From: an uncultured delta proteobacterium
GTDB lineage: Bacteria; Myxococcota_A; Polyangia; Polyangiales; Polyangiaceae
Reading direction: 5' to 3'
Length of the DNA stretch: 64,000 nt
Assembly (NCBI GenBank): GCA_963806225.1
Contig: CAWDXG010000004.1
Coordinates: forward strand, 4,512,001 to 4,576,000
The position numbers were made by a program, and so were the translations under genes. The first letter of the stretch is position 1, and each line of letters starts with the position of its first letter. The notes beneath the pieces are model-generated. The model searched no databases. It had not been told where the DNA came from and saw nothing but the letters and a program-made list of their open reading frames with translations. Shown here in pieces: positions 62,341 through 64,000 of this stretch.

Positions 62341-63648
62341 TCAGCGCGGGCGCCCCTGGGCGACCCAGCTTGCCACGATCTGGATGTCCGCGGACGACAG
62401 CGCCGGCAGTCCGAGCGGCATGCCGCGCAGGTCCGGATCCACGTGGCCGGCCTCCTCGCGCTGCCGGGCCAGGAGCGCGGCGACGAGTCGCGGAGTGCCG
62501 TCTTTCATCGGAGCGAAGATGCTGTGGCGCTCGCCGCGGACGTCGAGCAGCCCACCCGACACGCCGCGGTAGCTGGATAGGTCCAGCCCGCGCGGGAAGA
62601 AGCCGAAGCCGCCGGTGTTGCCCGGTCCCCCGTCGCCCAGTGCCACGTCGGGGTTGCCGTGGCAGTGGTGACAGGTGCGACTGAACACACGCTTGTCGAC
62701 TTCCTCGAAGGTCACGCGACGCGTCAGGAGGGGCAGCCGCTTCGGCACCGCTTTCTGTGCCGGCGGCGCGAGCTTCGCCCCGAGCAGGTAGGCGGCGATG
62801 TCACGCGCCTCCGTTCTGCTGAAACCGAACGTCGGCATCAAGGTGTCCGGCTTCACCTGCTTTGGATTCTCGAGCCACGCGACCAGTGCCGCGGGTGCGT
62901 AGCGGTCGCGCACCCAGCGGAGATCCGGCGCCAGTGCGACCGCCCGCGAAGCGAGGCCCGCGCCCGGCGCCGGCGTGACGCTCGGTGCCGGCGCGCCGCT
63001 GAAGCGGTGGCAGGTGCCGCACGCTTTCTGAACCATGAGCGCACGTCCGTGCTGCGCATCGGCGCCGTCGAGCGACGCCGCCGGCGCTCGTTTGCTGCCG
63101 CGGGTGAGATACGTCGCGATGTCGCGGGCCTGGGCAGGCTTGATGGCGAGCCGCGGCATCGTGGGCGCGAGTCCCGGTCTCAGGTCGTGCGGCGACAGCA
63201 GAAAGCGCGCGATCCACTCGCGCTTCAGGCGCTTGCCCGCTGACTCGAGCGACGGCACGACCTGCATGATCGCAACGTGCTTCTTCCATTTCCGGACGGC
63301 CGAGGCCGGCGCGTCCTTGTACGTGCCGGCCAGGATCTTCTGGTGGCAGTGCACGCAGTTCATCTCGAGCCGCGCGACGCCGAGCCCGGTGCCGTCGTGA
63401 CAGCGGTTGCATTCGAACTTCTGGACCAGCTTCCTGCCGCTGGCTGCATCGCCCGCCTTGTGGAGGGTGGCGAGCACGGCAGCCGGCAGCGTGTCGGCGG
63501 AGCTCTTCGCCGCTGCTACCGCAGGCTTCGCGGACGTCGCAGGCGTGGCCTTTCCGGACGGGTCTGCGCGGCCGGTACAGGCGATCGCGACCAGCGCGAT
63601 CGCCACCGTCCAACACAGAAGACCCAGCTTGTGCCACGCCCGCGCCAT
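62341..63648 (-). CDS. Multiheme c-type cytochrome lipoprotein (4 CxxCH)
   Basis: Lipobox AIAC; CNRCH, CVHCH, CGTCH and CHHCH; three MP distal-ligand-like motifs. Confidence 0.88.
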   Translation of the reverse strand: MARAWHKLGLLCWTVAIALVAIACTGRADPSGKATPATSAKPAVAAAKSSADTLPAAVLATLHKAGDAASGRKLVQKFECNRCHDGTGLGVARLEMNCVHCHQKILAGTYKDAPASAVRKWKKHVAIMQVVPSLESAGKRLKREWIARFLLSPHDLRPGLAPTMPRLAIKPAQARDIATYLTRGSKRAPAASLDGADAQHGRALMVQKACGTCHRFSGAPAPSVTPAPGAGLASRAVALAPDLRWVRDRYAPAALVAWLENPKQVKPDTLMPTFGFSRTEARDIAAYLLGAKLAPPAQKAVPKRLPLLTRRVTFEEVDKRVFSRTCHHCHGNPDVALGDGGPGNTGGFGFFPRGLDLSSYRGVSGGLLDVRGERHSIFAPMKDGTPRLVAALLARQREEAGHVDPDLRGMPLGLPALSSADIQIVASWVAQGRPR

Positions 63649-63651
63649 GGC

Positions 63652-64000
63652 TCAGCCCTTCGCGTCGATGCGGCAGGCCTCGGGATGCCCGGCCATGGCC
63701 TTGCAGCGCTTCATCGCGAGGCGGCCGCCGCTCTTGTCGCCCGACTCGGCGCGCAACGACGCCAGTGCCGCGTAGCCTTCCGGCGTTGCGACCAGATCCT
63801 TCTTGGCCAGCTTTTCCAGGATGCGGCGGGCCTGGGCCTTGTCGGCGTCCACGTGCGCCATCGCCTCGGCCAGATCGGTCTGTGCGGCGGGGCTGTCCTT
63901 CTTCGTCTTGTCGATCGTGCCGAGCACCTTCACCGCCCAGGCCAGGTTCGCCTTGCGCTCCCTGGCGGTCTTGCCGAGCCAGGAGCCCTGGATGTACTCC
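63652..64000 (-). CDS. 3' part of a helical (TPR-like) protein, partial
   Basis: Frame open to the window edge (EYIQGSWLGK...EACRIDAKG*); stop 3 nt before the cytochrome start. Confidence 0.7.
   Translation of the reverse strand, partial: EYIQGSWLGKTARERKANLAWAVKVLGTIDKTKKDSPAAQTDLAEAMAHVDADKAQARRILEKLAKKDLVATPEGYAALASLRAESGDKSGGRLAMKRCKAMAGHPEACRIDAKG

Overview
A 64 kb, roughly 70% GC, gene-dense window with about 57 CDSs. It most likely comes from a myxobacterium (Polyangiales-like); this is inferred from MYXO-CTERM-like tails, a fibro-slime protein, a Ser/Thr kinase-PEGA cassette and many Gly/Cys-rich lipoproteins. Recognisable housekeeping genes are pntA, pntB, ettA, tex, tamB-like, thioredoxin, a PaaI pair and a PLP Ser/Thr dehydratase. 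Surface hydrolases include GH25, GH13, PL9-like, an EEP nuclease and a gluzincin. I found no rRNA, tRNA, CRISPR array, transposase or integrase. Eight genes carry single-base frameshifts. Four of these fall immediately after GATCTC, which suggests motif-linked sequencing error (possibly DNA modification) rather than decay. The most notable observations are: (i) a TetR / radical SAM / duplicated DUF2878-like membrane protein operon with operators on its start codon; (ii) a TANNNT -10 box 5-9 nt before many start codons, suggesting leaderless mRNAs; (iii) a 'headless' CCA-adding-enzyme HD protein; (iv) a His-rich Cpx-like two-component module containing a 50-aa ORF missing from the ORF track; (v) a repeat- and palindrome-rich intergenic islet at 22.6-23.1 kb; (vi) a tetraheme cytochrome c lipoprotein. 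All family assignments come from motif recognition by eye; no database search was run.
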